This document shows positions 1 through 7,209 of a stretch of 24,000 bases of DNA, one piece after another. The DNA is taken from the sequence record MT684598.1. One strand, 5' to 3'. The position numbers and the translations under genes were made by a program. The notes under the pieces are model-generated. The model saw nothing but the letters and a program-made list of their open reading frames with translations. It had not been told where the DNA came from and did no database searches. Position 1 is the first letter of the stretch. Each line of letters opens with the position of its first letter. The DNA comes from Streptomyces phage Faust.

Positions 1-1
1 A

Positions 2-121
2 GAGGCTCGTGCAGCTACCGATGCAGCGCTAGCAAGCGCACAGCAGGCAGCAGATGAAATTAGCGCTGAGACTGACCGACTAAATGCAGTTGCTCAGCCA
101 CCAGCAGAGCCAACAGCCTAA
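2..121 (+). CDS. C-terminal end of an Ala/Gln-rich protein (partial, starts upstream of the window)
   Basis: Open frame EARAATDAALASAQQAADEISAETDRLNAVAQPPAEPTA* ending at TAA 119-121, followed by a strong hairpin. Confidence 0.6.
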   Translation, partial: EARAATDAALASAQQAADEISAETDRLNAVAQPPAEPTA

Positions 122-140
122 TATCAATTGAATACTTGGG

Positions 141-164
141 AACCCCGCTTCGGCGGGGTTTTCC
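141..164 (+). terminator. Rho-independent-like terminator
   Basis: AACCCCGC-TTCG-GCGGGGTT then TTCC, 8-bp stem directly after the stop of the partial ORF. Confidence 0.75.
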
Positions 165-177
165 TATTGGAGGGATA

Positions 178-435
178 ATGGCAAGCCGTAGAAAGTTTCT
201 CTGTCTAGACTGTGGAGTAGATACCGGTAAGATTGGTGAGCACTACATGCTCATTGATTCAGTCTGGTTCTTGACAGGTCTTGGCAAGATTGGTATGCTC
301 TGTGTTGAAGATGTTGAGCGTCGGATTGGTCGAGAACTTGTAGTAGCCGATTTCAATAATTCGTATCTCAACAATGCCCGAACGGGCATCATCAGCCAGA
401 GACTTGCACAGCGCATGGGTCTTCTGGTATCATAA
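178..435 (+). CDS. small hypothetical protein with CLDC motif
   Basis: ATG 178 preceded by GGAGGG; MASRRKFLCLDCGVDTGKIG... Confidence 0.7.
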   Translation: MASRRKFLCLDCGVDTGKIGEHYMLIDSVWFLTGLGKIGMLCVEDVERRIGRELVVADFNNSYLNNARTGIISQRLAQRMGLLVS

Positions 436-443
436 CTAAATAG

Positions 444-517
444 GCTCGGGTAGCCCAATGGCAGGAGGCGCATCCTTGAGGTGGATGACAGTGTGAGTTC
501 GAATCTCATCCCGAGTA
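444..517 (+). tRNA. tRNA, anticodon reads GAG (Leu codon) but class I architecture
   Basis: Acceptor GCTCGGG/CCCGAGT, anticodon arm CATCC-TTGAGGT-GGATG, T arm GTGAG-TTCGAAT-CTCAT. Confidence 0.8.
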
Positions 518-518
518 C

Positions 519-707
519 ATGACACTAAGAGTAGGACAGCAAATTGTTGTTGCCTCTTTTGTAAAGAATGGCATCGACTATTCTGGCAGAAAGGGTTTCG
601 TAGAAATCCGGCGGTTCGGAAAGAGAATTACGGTTCTACTTTATAAGACGAATGACATGCCAGAATGCACAATCGATATGAGGGAAAATAACGTAAGGAA
701 AGCCTAA
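519..707 (+). CDS. hypothetical small protein
   Basis: ORF MTLRVGQQIVVASFVKNG..., packed against the next ATG (TAATG overlap). Confidence 0.55.
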   Translation: MTLRVGQQIVVASFVKNGIDYSGRKGFVEIRRFGKRITVLLYKTNDMPECTIDMRENNVRKA

Positions 708-1009
708 TGAGTTTCATTGTTTCTCGTGATATTTTCAATATGGACTTTGAAGACCCACTGCGGGATTTGATTGACAAGATTGATGACCAAATCATTGAGA
801 GATATCAGCTAGGCTGGGTTCATGACGAATTCGGTAGCGATTGGAATCTCGAAAAGGCAAGGGAATACTACAAGGAACGTGGTATTCCATTCTTCATTCC
901 GGAGCCAAGTAGCTACGACACCCTTCTGATTCTCTATAAGATGATTGAAAGTGGTGAAGTAGAATTTAATCCACGACGACCAAGGGGAGCAAAGCGTGGG
1001 ACTGTTTAA
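707..1009 (+). CDS. hypothetical protein
   Basis: ORF MSFIVSRDIFNMDFEDPLRDLIDKIDD..., overlapping stop/start with the previous ORF. Confidence 0.7.
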   Translation: MSFIVSRDIFNMDFEDPLRDLIDKIDDQIIERYQLGWVHDEFGSDWNLEKAREYYKERGIPFFIPEPSSYDTLLILYKMIESGEVEFNPRRPRGAKRGTV

Positions 1010-1175
1010 CAATAACAGGCGTGGCGGTTACAAGAAGAACCAGAAGGTTTACATTGTAGCTAAGGGCGAGTATGGCCGAATTGAAAAGTTTGAATCAGGC
1101 GGACTAATTAAGGTGCGAGGATTCAAGTCTGGCGAAATGTTCGTCAGAGTGGGCGATATTCAGCCAGGTGATTGA
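996..1175 (+). CDS. hypothetical small basic protein (not in the supplied ORF track)
   Basis: GTG 996 after AAGGGGAGC; MGLFNNNRRGGYKKNQKVYIVAKGEYGRIEKFESGGLIKVRGFKSGEMFVRVGDIQPGD*. Confidence 0.6.
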   Translation: MGLFNNNRRGGYKKNQKVYIVAKGEYGRIEKFESGGLIKVRGFKSGEMFVRVGDIQPGD

Positions 1176-1193
1176 CAAAGCCCTTCGGGGCAT

Positions 1194-1280
1194 GGAAGTG
1201 TGGCTGAGTCCGGTTTAAGGCGCATCACTGCTAATGATGTGAGTGTAAAAGCTCCGCAGGTTCGAATCCTGTCACTTCCG
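1194..1280 (+). tRNA. tRNA-Ser(GCT)
   Basis: Acceptor GGAAGTG/CACTTCC, anticodon arm CATCA-CTGCTAA-TGATG, long variable arm, T loop GGTTCGAATCC. Confidence 0.9.
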
Positions 1281-1318
1281 CGCAAGCTATAATGCGAGAG
1301 TCTAAAGAGGGAGATGTT

Positions 1319-2368
1319 ATGACTCACGTTTCAGCAATCTTCTCAGTTGAGGATTTGCAGGCAGCAATTGAGGATGGCTGGGTTCGTGTCCAGACGAATG
1401 AAGACCAGACTCTTTCAATTTACAACTACACTGAAGTTGCGCAATACCGTCGTTACTGGAATGACGTAACACTCAATTGCCGGGGTCTCATCCTTGACAA
1501 TGACATGAACATTGTCGCTCGTCCATGGAAGAAGTTCTTCAATTTTGGAGAGCGGCCCCTTCTTTTCTCTACCGATACTCCAGTTGAGGTAACAGACAAG
1601 AAGGATGGTTCATTGGGTATTCTTTACAGGCACCCGATGACAGGGGATTGGAAGATTGCTACGCGGGGGTCTTTCCTTTCTGACCAGGCAATTCATGCAA
1701 CAGAGGTATTCCAGGACAAGTATACTCACATCGCTCTTCCAGACGAAGGTTTGACTTGTCTGTTTGAGATTGTGTATCCACAGAACCGCATTGTTCTTGA
1801 TTATGGTGAGATGGATGACCTTATCCTTCTTGGCTCTGTTCAGAACAAGTATGGATGGTATTACGGTCCTAGCGAAACTGCTGGCATGATTAACTGGACA
1901 GGTCCAGTCACAGAGGTCTTTGAGTACCGAACCACGAACGACTGCTTCAAGGTCCATCGTTCAAATGCTGAAGGTCTGGTAATTCGGGCCGGTAGCGAGA
2001 TGGTCAAGTTGAAGCAGGCGGATTACGTGGCGCTTCACAAATTGGTTACTGGCCTGAACGAGCGGGCTGTCTGGGCACGCTTGCGAGATGGTGAGACTCG
2101 TGCTACCATCTGCGAAGCGCTTCCGGATGAGTTTCACGGCTTTGTTGACCAGGTGGCAGATGACCTTGAGAACCATTTCAAGGAAATCTACTTGACTGCT
2201 CATGAGAACTACTGTAAGGTCTTGAACAAGATGGGGGCTGGATACAGCCGCAAGGACTTTGCTCTTGAGGCGATTAAGTTTCCTCACTCATCGTTGTTGT
2301 TCAACTTCCTTGACAACAAGTCGAATCATGAGTCAGTATGGGATATGATTCGCCCAAAGGGTGAGTGA
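1319..2368 (+). CDS. T4 Rnl1-like RNA ligase
   Basis: Nucleotidyltransferase motif KKDGSLG, CLFEIVYPQNRIVLDYG, EGLVIR, VKLKQADYVALH; ATG 1319. Confidence 0.9.
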   Translation: MTHVSAIFSVEDLQAAIEDGWVRVQTNEDQTLSIYNYTEVAQYRRYWNDVTLNCRGLILDNDMNIVARPWKKFFNFGERPLLFSTDTPVEVTDKKDGSLGILYRHPMTGDWKIATRGSFLSDQAIHATEVFQDKYTHIALPDEGLTCLFEIVYPQNRIVLDYGEMDDLILLGSVQNKYGWYYGPSETAGMINWTGPVTEVFEYRTTNDCFKVHRSNAEGLVIRAGSEMVKLKQADYVALHKLVTGLNERAVWARLRDGETRATICEALPDEFHGFVDQVADDLENHFKEIYLTAHENYCKVLNKMGAGYSRKDFALEAIKFPHSSLLFNFLDNKSNHESVWDMIRPKGE

Positions 2369-2374
2369 TGTTCC

Positions 2375-2396
2375 GCCGGGGTTTCCCCGGCAAGCT
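2375..2396 (+). repeat. hairpin-AAGCT module
   Basis: GCCGGGG-TTT-CCCCGGC followed by AAGCT and then the RBS. Confidence 0.75.
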
Positions 2397-2405
2397 GGAG
2401 GAATA

Positions 2406-2672
2406 ATGGATTACGAGAAGATGATTGATGGATATAATGAGCTTCGGGAACGATGTCTTGAGCTAGCCAAGAAGAATAATGGCAAGCTTATGGGTTCTGA
2501 TGCATGGTTGTGCTTTGCCATTATGGATACCGATATCACTCTTTACTTCTATGAAGATGGTATTGAATGTAGTGGTATGGCATATACTTCTCAGACCATG
2601 TGTTCTGAGCCATTTAATTTCAGAATTCCTATGGACCTCATTAAGGAGAGTTATGTTGGAGCTGGTGATTAA
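2406..2672 (+). CDS. hypothetical protein
   Basis: ATG 2406 after GGAGGA; MDYEKMIDGYNELRERCLELAKKNNGKLMG... Confidence 0.75.
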   Translation: MDYEKMIDGYNELRERCLELAKKNNGKLMGSDAWLCFAIMDTDITLYFYEDGIECSGMAYTSQTMCSEPFNFRIPMDLIKESYVGAGD

Positions 2673-3096
2673 CCGGGGAATTCCCGGAAGTGGTAAGTCA
2701 ACGTATGCTCACAAGTGGGTTCTTGAAGGGAATCCGCGCAATCGTCGGGCACGAGTGAATCGCGATGACATTCGGAAGCAGCTTTACGGAGTTGATTTCG
2801 GGGTTCCTGTTGAGGAGACTGTTGTTACGGCAGTTGAGGATGCAGCAATTCGAGCAATGCTTGAGCGCGGGGTTTCTGTTATTGTAGATGACTGCAATAT
2901 CAGTGAGCGATACATTAACCGATTCAAGAAGATTGCAAAGGAATTCGATGCAGAGGTCATTGTGAATCTCATTGATGTCCCTGTTGCAGTGGCTCTTGAG
3001 CGTAACCGTATGCGTAAGGACCAGGGTGGTCGTTTCGTTCCTGAGAATGTTATTGTGGACATGCACAATCGACTTCAGGAGGCTCTAGGTGCTTGA
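2653..3096 (+). CDS. polynucleotide-kinase-like P-loop kinase (kinase domain only)
   Basis: MLELVINRGIPGSGKSTYAHKW (Walker A GxxGSGKS), VNRDDIR, VIVDDCNIS; RBS AAGGAG at 2643. Confidence 0.85.
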   Translation: MLELVINRGIPGSGKSTYAHKWVLEGNPRNRRARVNRDDIRKQLYGVDFGVPVEETVVTAVEDAAIRAMLERGVSVIVDDCNISERYINRFKKIAKEFDAEVIVNLIDVPVAVALERNRMRKDQGGRFVPENVIVDMHNRLQEALGA

Positions 3097-3298
3097 GATT
3101 GTTGGTGCACTAGCCATTAGTGCCATTGCTTTCGTACTGATTGCTTGGCTAATCGGAATGCCATGGCTTGCTCTGGGATTTGGTGGGCCAAGCGTAAGTA
3201 ATTTTGGGTGGCTATTCGTAGGGCTTGTGCTTGCAACTGGTATTGCTGTAGGATGGTGGCACCTTGTTGGAACACATATTCATGTAGGTTTTGGATGA
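3089..3298 (+). CDS. small membrane protein
   Basis: Two hydrophobic segments: VGALAISAIAFVLIAWLIG, FGWLFVGLVLATGIAVGWW; overlaps the kinase stop. Confidence 0.65.
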   Translation: MLEIVGALAISAIAFVLIAWLIGMPWLALGFGGPSVSNFGWLFVGLVLATGIAVGWWHLVGTHIHVGFG

Positions 3299-3642
3299 GA
3301 GTAAGCAAGAAGAAGCCAAGAAATCCACTTGAGCTACCTTGGTGGGCAATCAAGGGACTTGAGTGGATTCTTGCTCAGTCAACTGAGTACATCTGTATAG
3401 ATGATATTCTGATTAAGGCGTGGACTAAAGAATCCGAAGATTTGGTGTACATTGAATTCCTATGGCCTGGTGGAAAGCAAGGTCTATTGGGAATCAGTAA
3501 GGATACACCAAGATTTGAAGACCCTGCAAGTTGCCCATATTTTCGCGGGGTTGGCACATGCGACTCAGGATGCTATACTGAACCTAGCTGTCAGACGGAC
3601 AGGCCAGAGTTCGGATGGCCATCTGAAAGGTATAAGTTTTGA
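3295..3642 (+). CDS. hypothetical protein
   Basis: ATGA overlap start 3295: MRVSKKKPRNPLELPWWAIKGLEWILAQ... Confidence 0.7.
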   Translation: MRVSKKKPRNPLELPWWAIKGLEWILAQSTEYICIDDILIKAWTKESEDLVYIEFLWPGGKQGLLGISKDTPRFEDPASCPYFRGVGTCDSGCYTEPSCQTDRPEFGWPSERYKF

Positions 3643-3866
3643 AAAACTATCCAAGTCCAGATAGCTTCATTGACATTGTAGTTACACAACATGAAGATGA
3701 CTTCACCACTTGGCGTGTCGTTGGTGTTAGTGTAGACTGGGATGCAGTGAAGCAGCGAGACATTGAGACAGGTTTCGCAAACAGAGCACTTGCAGAAGCG
3801 TTCTTCGCACGGTATACTAGTGAATACATCGAAGAGAACTTCTTCAAGAAGGGTCCTTCAGAGTGA
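3639..3866 (+). CDS. hypothetical protein
   Basis: TTG start overlapping previous TGA: MKNYPSPDSFIDIVVTQHEDDFTTWRVVGVSVDWDAVKQ... Confidence 0.65.
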   Translation: MKNYPSPDSFIDIVVTQHEDDFTTWRVVGVSVDWDAVKQRDIETGFANRALAEAFFARYTSEYIEENFFKKGPSE

Positions 3867-3871
3867 CCCAT

Positions 3872-3891
3872 GCGGCTTCGGCCGCAAGCTT
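3872..3891 (+). repeat. hairpin-AAGCTT module fused to a promoter -35
   Basis: GCGGC-TTCG-GCCGC then AAGCTTGACA. Confidence 0.75.
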
Positions 3892-3918
3892 GACAGACAA
3901 AACCAAGTCTGTTATGAT
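3890..3918 (+). promoter_or_regulatory. sigma70/HrdB-like promoter upstream of tRNA-Leu
   Basis: TTGACA-N17-TATGAT; spacer carries ACAGAC...GTCTGT inverted repeat. Confidence 0.8.
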
Positions 3919-3930
3919 TGAATACATCGA

Positions 3931-4014
3931 GCGGGTGTGGCGGAACTAGGCAGACGCGATAGGTTTAGGTCCTATTGTCCTTGTGGCGTGCAGGTTCGAT
4001 TCCTGTCACCCGTA
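3931..4014 (+). tRNA. tRNA-Leu(TAG)
   Basis: Acceptor GCGGGTG/CACCCGT, anticodon arm ATAGG-TTTAGGT-CCTAT, variable arm, GGTTCGATTCC. Confidence 0.9.
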
Positions 4015-4030
4015 CAGCGCGGTGGTGTAA

Positions 4031-4106
4031 GTATATAAAAGACGGTCAAAGTAAGCTTTTTGGCGGCAACCAAATCGCATGAAATGGCCGTCTATCATTT
4101 ATATAG
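4031..4106 (+). other. structured intergenic element with long-range stem
   Basis: TATATAAA+AGACGG (4032-4045) pairs with CCGTCT (4088-4093) + TTTATATA (4098-4105). Confidence 0.4.
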
Positions 4107-4152
4107 TCCCAATTGCCGTTGGGAAAGCACACTGGACTGATAATCCAGAGGT

Positions 4153-4176
4153 GGGGTATTAAATCCCCCCAAGCTT
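4153..4176 (+). repeat. hairpin-AAGCTT module
   Basis: GGGG-TATTAAAT-CCCC(CC) then AAGCTT. Confidence 0.6.
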
Positions 4177-4199
4177 CCATCTTTATAAGGAGCTAATTC

Positions 4200-4379
4200 A
4201 TGAGTAAGTTCAATTACAATGACAAGGTCGTTGATGTCAGTGGCGCTGAGGGTCTTGTTGTGGATGAGACTATTGGGGGCGGAAAGGTGACTGTCCGAAT
4301 TACTAAGGCAGGCCCAAACTCCTTCTATCGCGCTGGTCAGCGAGTAAATATTCTTGAGAAGCAGCTCAGGAAGAAGTAA
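4200..4379 (+). CDS. hypothetical small protein
   Basis: ATG after AAGGAG; MSKFNYNDKVVDVSGAEGLVVDETIGGGKVTVRITKAGPNSFYRAGQRVNILEKQLRKK*. Confidence 0.7.
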   Translation: MSKFNYNDKVVDVSGAEGLVVDETIGGGKVTVRITKAGPNSFYRAGQRVNILEKQLRKK

Positions 4380-4386
4380 TAAAAAC

Positions 4387-4406
4387 GGCGGGTAACCGCC
4401 AAGCTT
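4387..4406 (+). repeat. hairpin-AAGCTT module
   Basis: GGCGG-GTAA-CCGCC-AAGCTT then AGGAGG. Confidence 0.8.
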
Positions 4407-4417
4407 AGGAGGTTACA

Positions 4418-4618
4418 ATGGGTAGAAGAATTGCAAAAGAAACCCCTGTAAGAGTCCATGACCCAAGGTCACTTAATACAGAATACCGAGGTCAGCTTGG
4501 CATTATCAAGGATAGTCAAAAGCTTATCGGTGGTATTTGGTCATATAAGGTTAAGCTTAACAGCGGTAGAGAAGTCTGGTTTGATGAGGGAGAGCTTAGA
4601 GTTCTCAAGAACACATGA
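4418..4618 (+). CDS. hypothetical small protein
   Basis: ATG after AGGAGG; MGRRIAKETPVRVHDPRSLNTEYRGQLGIIKDSQK... Confidence 0.7.
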   Translation: MGRRIAKETPVRVHDPRSLNTEYRGQLGIIKDSQKLIGGIWSYKVKLNSGREVWFDEGELRVLKNT

Positions 4619-4803
4619 AGCTACCACATTGGATTAGCAGAAAATCGTGGAGTCAGGGCGACCGGGTCGTTGTTGCTATTGGACAGCACAAGGGTAAGCA
4701 TGGTACAGTAAAGTTGTTTGCAACAAAGCACAATTACCTAGTCCTTCTTGATGGAGAAAAAAGACCAAGGCAGTTCCAAAAGGGAGCGCTTGACCCAGAG
4801 TAG
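4615..4803 (+). CDS. hypothetical small protein
   Basis: ATGA overlap; MKLPHWISRKSWSQGDRVVVAIGQHKGKHGTVKLF... (KOW-like pattern). Confidence 0.65.
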   Translation: MKLPHWISRKSWSQGDRVVVAIGQHKGKHGTVKLFATKHNYLVLLDGEKRPRQFQKGALDPE

Positions 4804-4817
4804 GGGGATAAGATACA

Positions 4818-4976
4818 ATGGCTAATGAGAGTGGAATTCCGAAGCCTGCGAAGTACGCTGTGAAGTGTGAGAAGTCAGCTAGTGGCAAGCACACTCCAAC
4901 CACGCGTGAAGCAAAGGTTGGCGGACAGCACATCAAGTACAAGATTTGCACTAGTTGTAATGGTACGCTAAAGTAA
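4818..4976 (+). CDS. hypothetical small Cys-containing protein (not in the ORF track)
   Basis: ATG 4818; MANESGIPKPAKYAVKCEKSASGKHTPTTREAKVGGQHIKYKICTSCNGTLK*. Confidence 0.65.
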   Translation: MANESGIPKPAKYAVKCEKSASGKHTPTTREAKVGGQHIKYKICTSCNGTLK

Positions 4977-4998
4977 GACCAAGCCCTTCGGGGCACAT

Positions 4999-5070
4999 GC
5001 CGGTTTAGCTCAGCGGAAGAGCGTCTGCCTTACAAGCAGAGGGCCGGGGGTTCAACTCCCTCAACCGGTA
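4999..5070 (+). tRNA. tRNA-Val(TAC)
   Basis: Acceptor GCCGGTT/AACCGGT, anticodon arm CTGC-CTTACAA-GCAG, T loop GTTCAACTC. Confidence 0.9.
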
Positions 5071-5074
5071 CTTT

Positions 5075-5154
5075 GGCCGCGTAGACGAATGGCACAGTCA
5101 ACGGTCTCAAACACCGTGCCGAAAGGCGTGTGGGTTCGACTCCCACCGTGGCTA
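5075..5154 (+). tRNA. tRNA-Leu(CAA)
   Basis: Acceptor GGCCGCG/CGTGGCT, anticodon arm ACGGT-CTCAAAC-ACCGT, extra arm, GGTTCGACTCC. Confidence 0.9.
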
Positions 5155-5176
5155 CTTCTGACATAGAAGGAGAAAC

Positions 5177-5407
5177 ATGATGAAGTTTGCTAAGGTTGAC
5201 GAGGACGCTTACGAGATTACGATGAATCTCGATACTCTTCGCAGGATTTCTGATGCATTTGCCACTCATTTTCACGAGGGTGATGCAGATGACCGCGACA
5301 AGGTCCTTTTGACTTCCTTTGAGAACGCTTATGAGCGTTTTACTCATACTGATGAGACTGAGACTGGTGAGGTTGACCTTTCCAATTCAGAAGAGGATTC
5401 TGAGTGA
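5177..5407 (+). CDS. hypothetical small acidic protein
   Basis: ATG after GAAGGAG; MMKFAKVDEDAYEITMNLDTLRRISDAF... Confidence 0.75.
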   Translation: MMKFAKVDEDAYEITMNLDTLRRISDAFATHFHEGDADDRDKVLLTSFENAYERFTHTDETETGEVDLSNSEEDSE

Positions 5408-5412
5408 AACGA

Positions 5413-5436
5413 GCGGCCTTTCGGGGCCGCAAGCTT
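5413..5436 (+). repeat. hairpin-AAGCTT module
   Basis: GCGGCC-tttcgg-GGCCGC-AAGCTT. Confidence 0.8.
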
Positions 5437-5456
5437 TTTGAAAGAAGGTGGCGCAG

Positions 5457-5669
5457 ATGGCTAAGTGGGTTCCAGTTGGTAACCGACTGATGGACCGAGC
5501 ATATTTGCGAGACGGAAATCTCATTCATACTGGCGAAGCACTTCTAGTTGCTTTGCTTCTTCACACTAAGGGAAAGACAAAGCGTGGACAGAATGAGCTA
5601 GAGCAAGTCTCAAAGATGCTTGATGACCCTAATTTGAATAAGAGGAAGACTCCCCGCAGAAAGAAGTAA
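5457..5669 (+). CDS. hypothetical small protein
   Basis: ATG 5457 after AAAGAAGG; MAKWVPVGNRLMDRAYLRDGNLIHTGEALL... Confidence 0.65.
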   Translation: MAKWVPVGNRLMDRAYLRDGNLIHTGEALLVALLLHTKGKTKRGQNELEQVSKMLDDPNLNKRKTPRRKK

Positions 5670-5704
5670 TTCTTTTTGGCGGGGTTTTCCCGTTTAGGAG
5701 TGAG

Positions 5705-5893
5705 ATGGCCAGACAAGAGAGATTGAAAAAGTGCTCTCGCTGTAATCGTCACAATATATCACCTTTCGTAAAGGGCACTGTTTGCGGAGAATGCCAGGCC
5801 CTAGATATCATTGGAGAAATTAGATATGGCAGGATTGCCGAAGAAGATGTTCTATGTGAAGATTCTTCCGGGCGGAACGCCACTGAAGTATAG
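5705..5893 (+). CDS. zinc-ribbon-like small protein
   Basis: MARQERLKKCSRCNRHNISPFVKGTVCGECQALD: two CxxC pairs. Confidence 0.65.
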   Translation: MARQERLKKCSRCNRHNISPFVKGTVCGECQALDIIGEIRYGRIAEEDVLCEDSSGRNATEV

Positions 5894-6059
5894 GCAAAAA
5901 GGTGGCGGAACATATACTGATGAAAAGTACGCAAAGAGTCAATATGCCACACTAAAGGCTCATGGCTCTAATGTGGAGCTTCTTGAGGCAGAGGTTAATT
6001 GGGTAGTTGTAGAATCTTCAAAGGACAACCCTATGGAAGGTAAGCCGGGCCTGTGGTAA
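5826..6059 (+). CDS. hypothetical small protein
   Basis: ATG 5826 after GGAG; MAGLPKKMFYVKILPGGTPLKYRQKGG... Confidence 0.6.
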   Translation: MAGLPKKMFYVKILPGGTPLKYRQKGGGTYTDEKYAKSQYATLKAHGSNVELLEAEVNWVVVESSKDNPMEGKPGLW

Positions 6060-6733
6060 ATGTACTCTTTGTAACTGGTGCTGGCATTTCCGCTAACGCA
6101 GGAATTGCAACGTACCGTGAAGGAGGTTCGTCATGGAAGGATGCAGACCTTGAGAAAAAGTCTCACGCATCCAAATATGGCAATCACCTAGATGAGTTGT
6201 GGGACAAACACTGGGGTCCTATGTCAAAGGCTATGGCTTCTGCTGTGCCAACCAAGACCCATCGGGCCATCGCTGAATTTCAGCAGGACAACCCAAGTAT
6301 CATTGCTACACAGAACATCGATGACTTGCACGAACGTGGCGGTTCTGATAACGTAGCCCATGTTCACGGGTCAATGGTCATCAAGTGCATTCGCTGTAAG
6401 CGTAGCCATCTTGAAACAAAGTGGTTTGGCAATGGTGCTCCTAAGTGTCCTCATTGCCAAAGGACAAAGACCCGGCCGGATGTGGTACTGTTTGGTGAGA
6501 AGCTGGACACAAAGATGTTCAGTGCTCTAGAGGCTTTCGCAAAGCACGATGCAAATGTTATCGTTGCCGTTGGAACATCGCTGAATGTATTTCCTGCGGC
6601 GGGATTGGTGATGGACAATATCACAAAGTCAATCATTGTCAATAAGGAAAAGACAGCGTTTGACAAGTACGCATACAAGGTATTTAATGAAGACTGCGAT
6701 TCAGTCATTGATGAAGTTCTAGGGAGTCTGTAA
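6053..6733 (+). CDS. Sir2-family NAD-dependent protein (sirtuin)
   Basis: GAGISANAGIATYR, TQNIDDLHERGG, HVHGS, CxxC...CPHC zinc motif, RPDVVLFGE, VGTSLNVFP. Confidence 0.92.
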   Translation: MVNVLFVTGAGISANAGIATYREGGSSWKDADLEKKSHASKYGNHLDELWDKHWGPMSKAMASAVPTKTHRAIAEFQQDNPSIIATQNIDDLHERGGSDNVAHVHGSMVIKCIRCKRSHLETKWFGNGAPKCPHCQRTKTRPDVVLFGEKLDTKMFSALEAFAKHDANVIVAVGTSLNVFPAAGLVMDNITKSIIVNKEKTAFDKYAYKVFNEDCDSVIDEVLGSL

Positions 6734-7209
6734 TGGTAACATATGTCAAGGGTGACGCTACTAACCCGCAGGGTGATGGAAAGAAGATTATCATTCATAT
6801 CGTAAATGATATGGGTAGATGGGGTAAGGGCTTCGTTCTTGCTCTGGATAAGATTTCGGACCGTCCACGTAGGCGTTATATGCAGGATTATAGTAATCGA
6901 ATTACTCCGTTCCTTCATCTTGGAACTATTAACTTTGTTTGGCTGGAAGATAATGACATCATTGTCGGAAATCTTGTTGGCCAACATGGTACAGTGGGTA
7001 AGAACAACCCTCATCCAGTTTCATATGATGCAATCGAGCATGGCCTCAATGAGGTTGTAAACTTCATTGATGGTGTTGAGCCAACTGCAAGTGTCCACAT
7101 GCCCCGTATTGGCTGTGGGCTTGCGCAAGGTAACTGGGATGTGGTAGAGTCAATCATCAACCGAACACTGACTCTGCGTGGTATTGATGTCACAGTCTAC
7201 GACCTTTGA
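6733..7209 (+). CDS. macro-domain protein (ADP-ribose-binding or ADP-ribosyl hydrolase type)
   Basis: VKGDATNPQG...IIIHIVNDMGRWGKGFVLAL...VHMPRIGCGLAQGNWD; ATG overlaps the Sir2 TAA (TAATG). Confidence 0.85.
   Translation: MVTYVKGDATNPQGDGKKIIIHIVNDMGRWGKGFVLALDKISDRPRRRYMQDYSNRITPFLHLGTINFVWLEDNDIIVGNLVGQHGTVGKNNPHPVSYDAIEHGLNEVVNFIDGVEPTASVHMPRIGCGLAQGNWDVVESIINRTLTLRGIDVTVYDL

Noticed and set aside
1172-1177. TTGACA before tRNA-Ser as a promoter
   Set aside because: No -10-like hexamer at correct spacing; the sequence is the end of the preceding small CDS.
1288-1293. TATAAT immediately after tRNA-Ser as a promoter for the RNA ligase gene
   Set aside because: Good -10, but no acceptable -35 at 16-19 nt (the sequence there is the tRNA T arm); not called as a promoter.
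4110-4170. Possible tRNA-Ile(GAT)
   Set aside because: An anticodon arm is visible, but no acceptor complement exists and the putative T loop is 8 nt and non-canonical; kept only as part of a structured-region finding.
5030-5347. 105-aa minus-strand ORF
   Set aside because: Covers two clear tRNAs (Val and Leu); the peptide stretch VGVEPTRLSA is a typical translation artefact of tRNA reverse complements.
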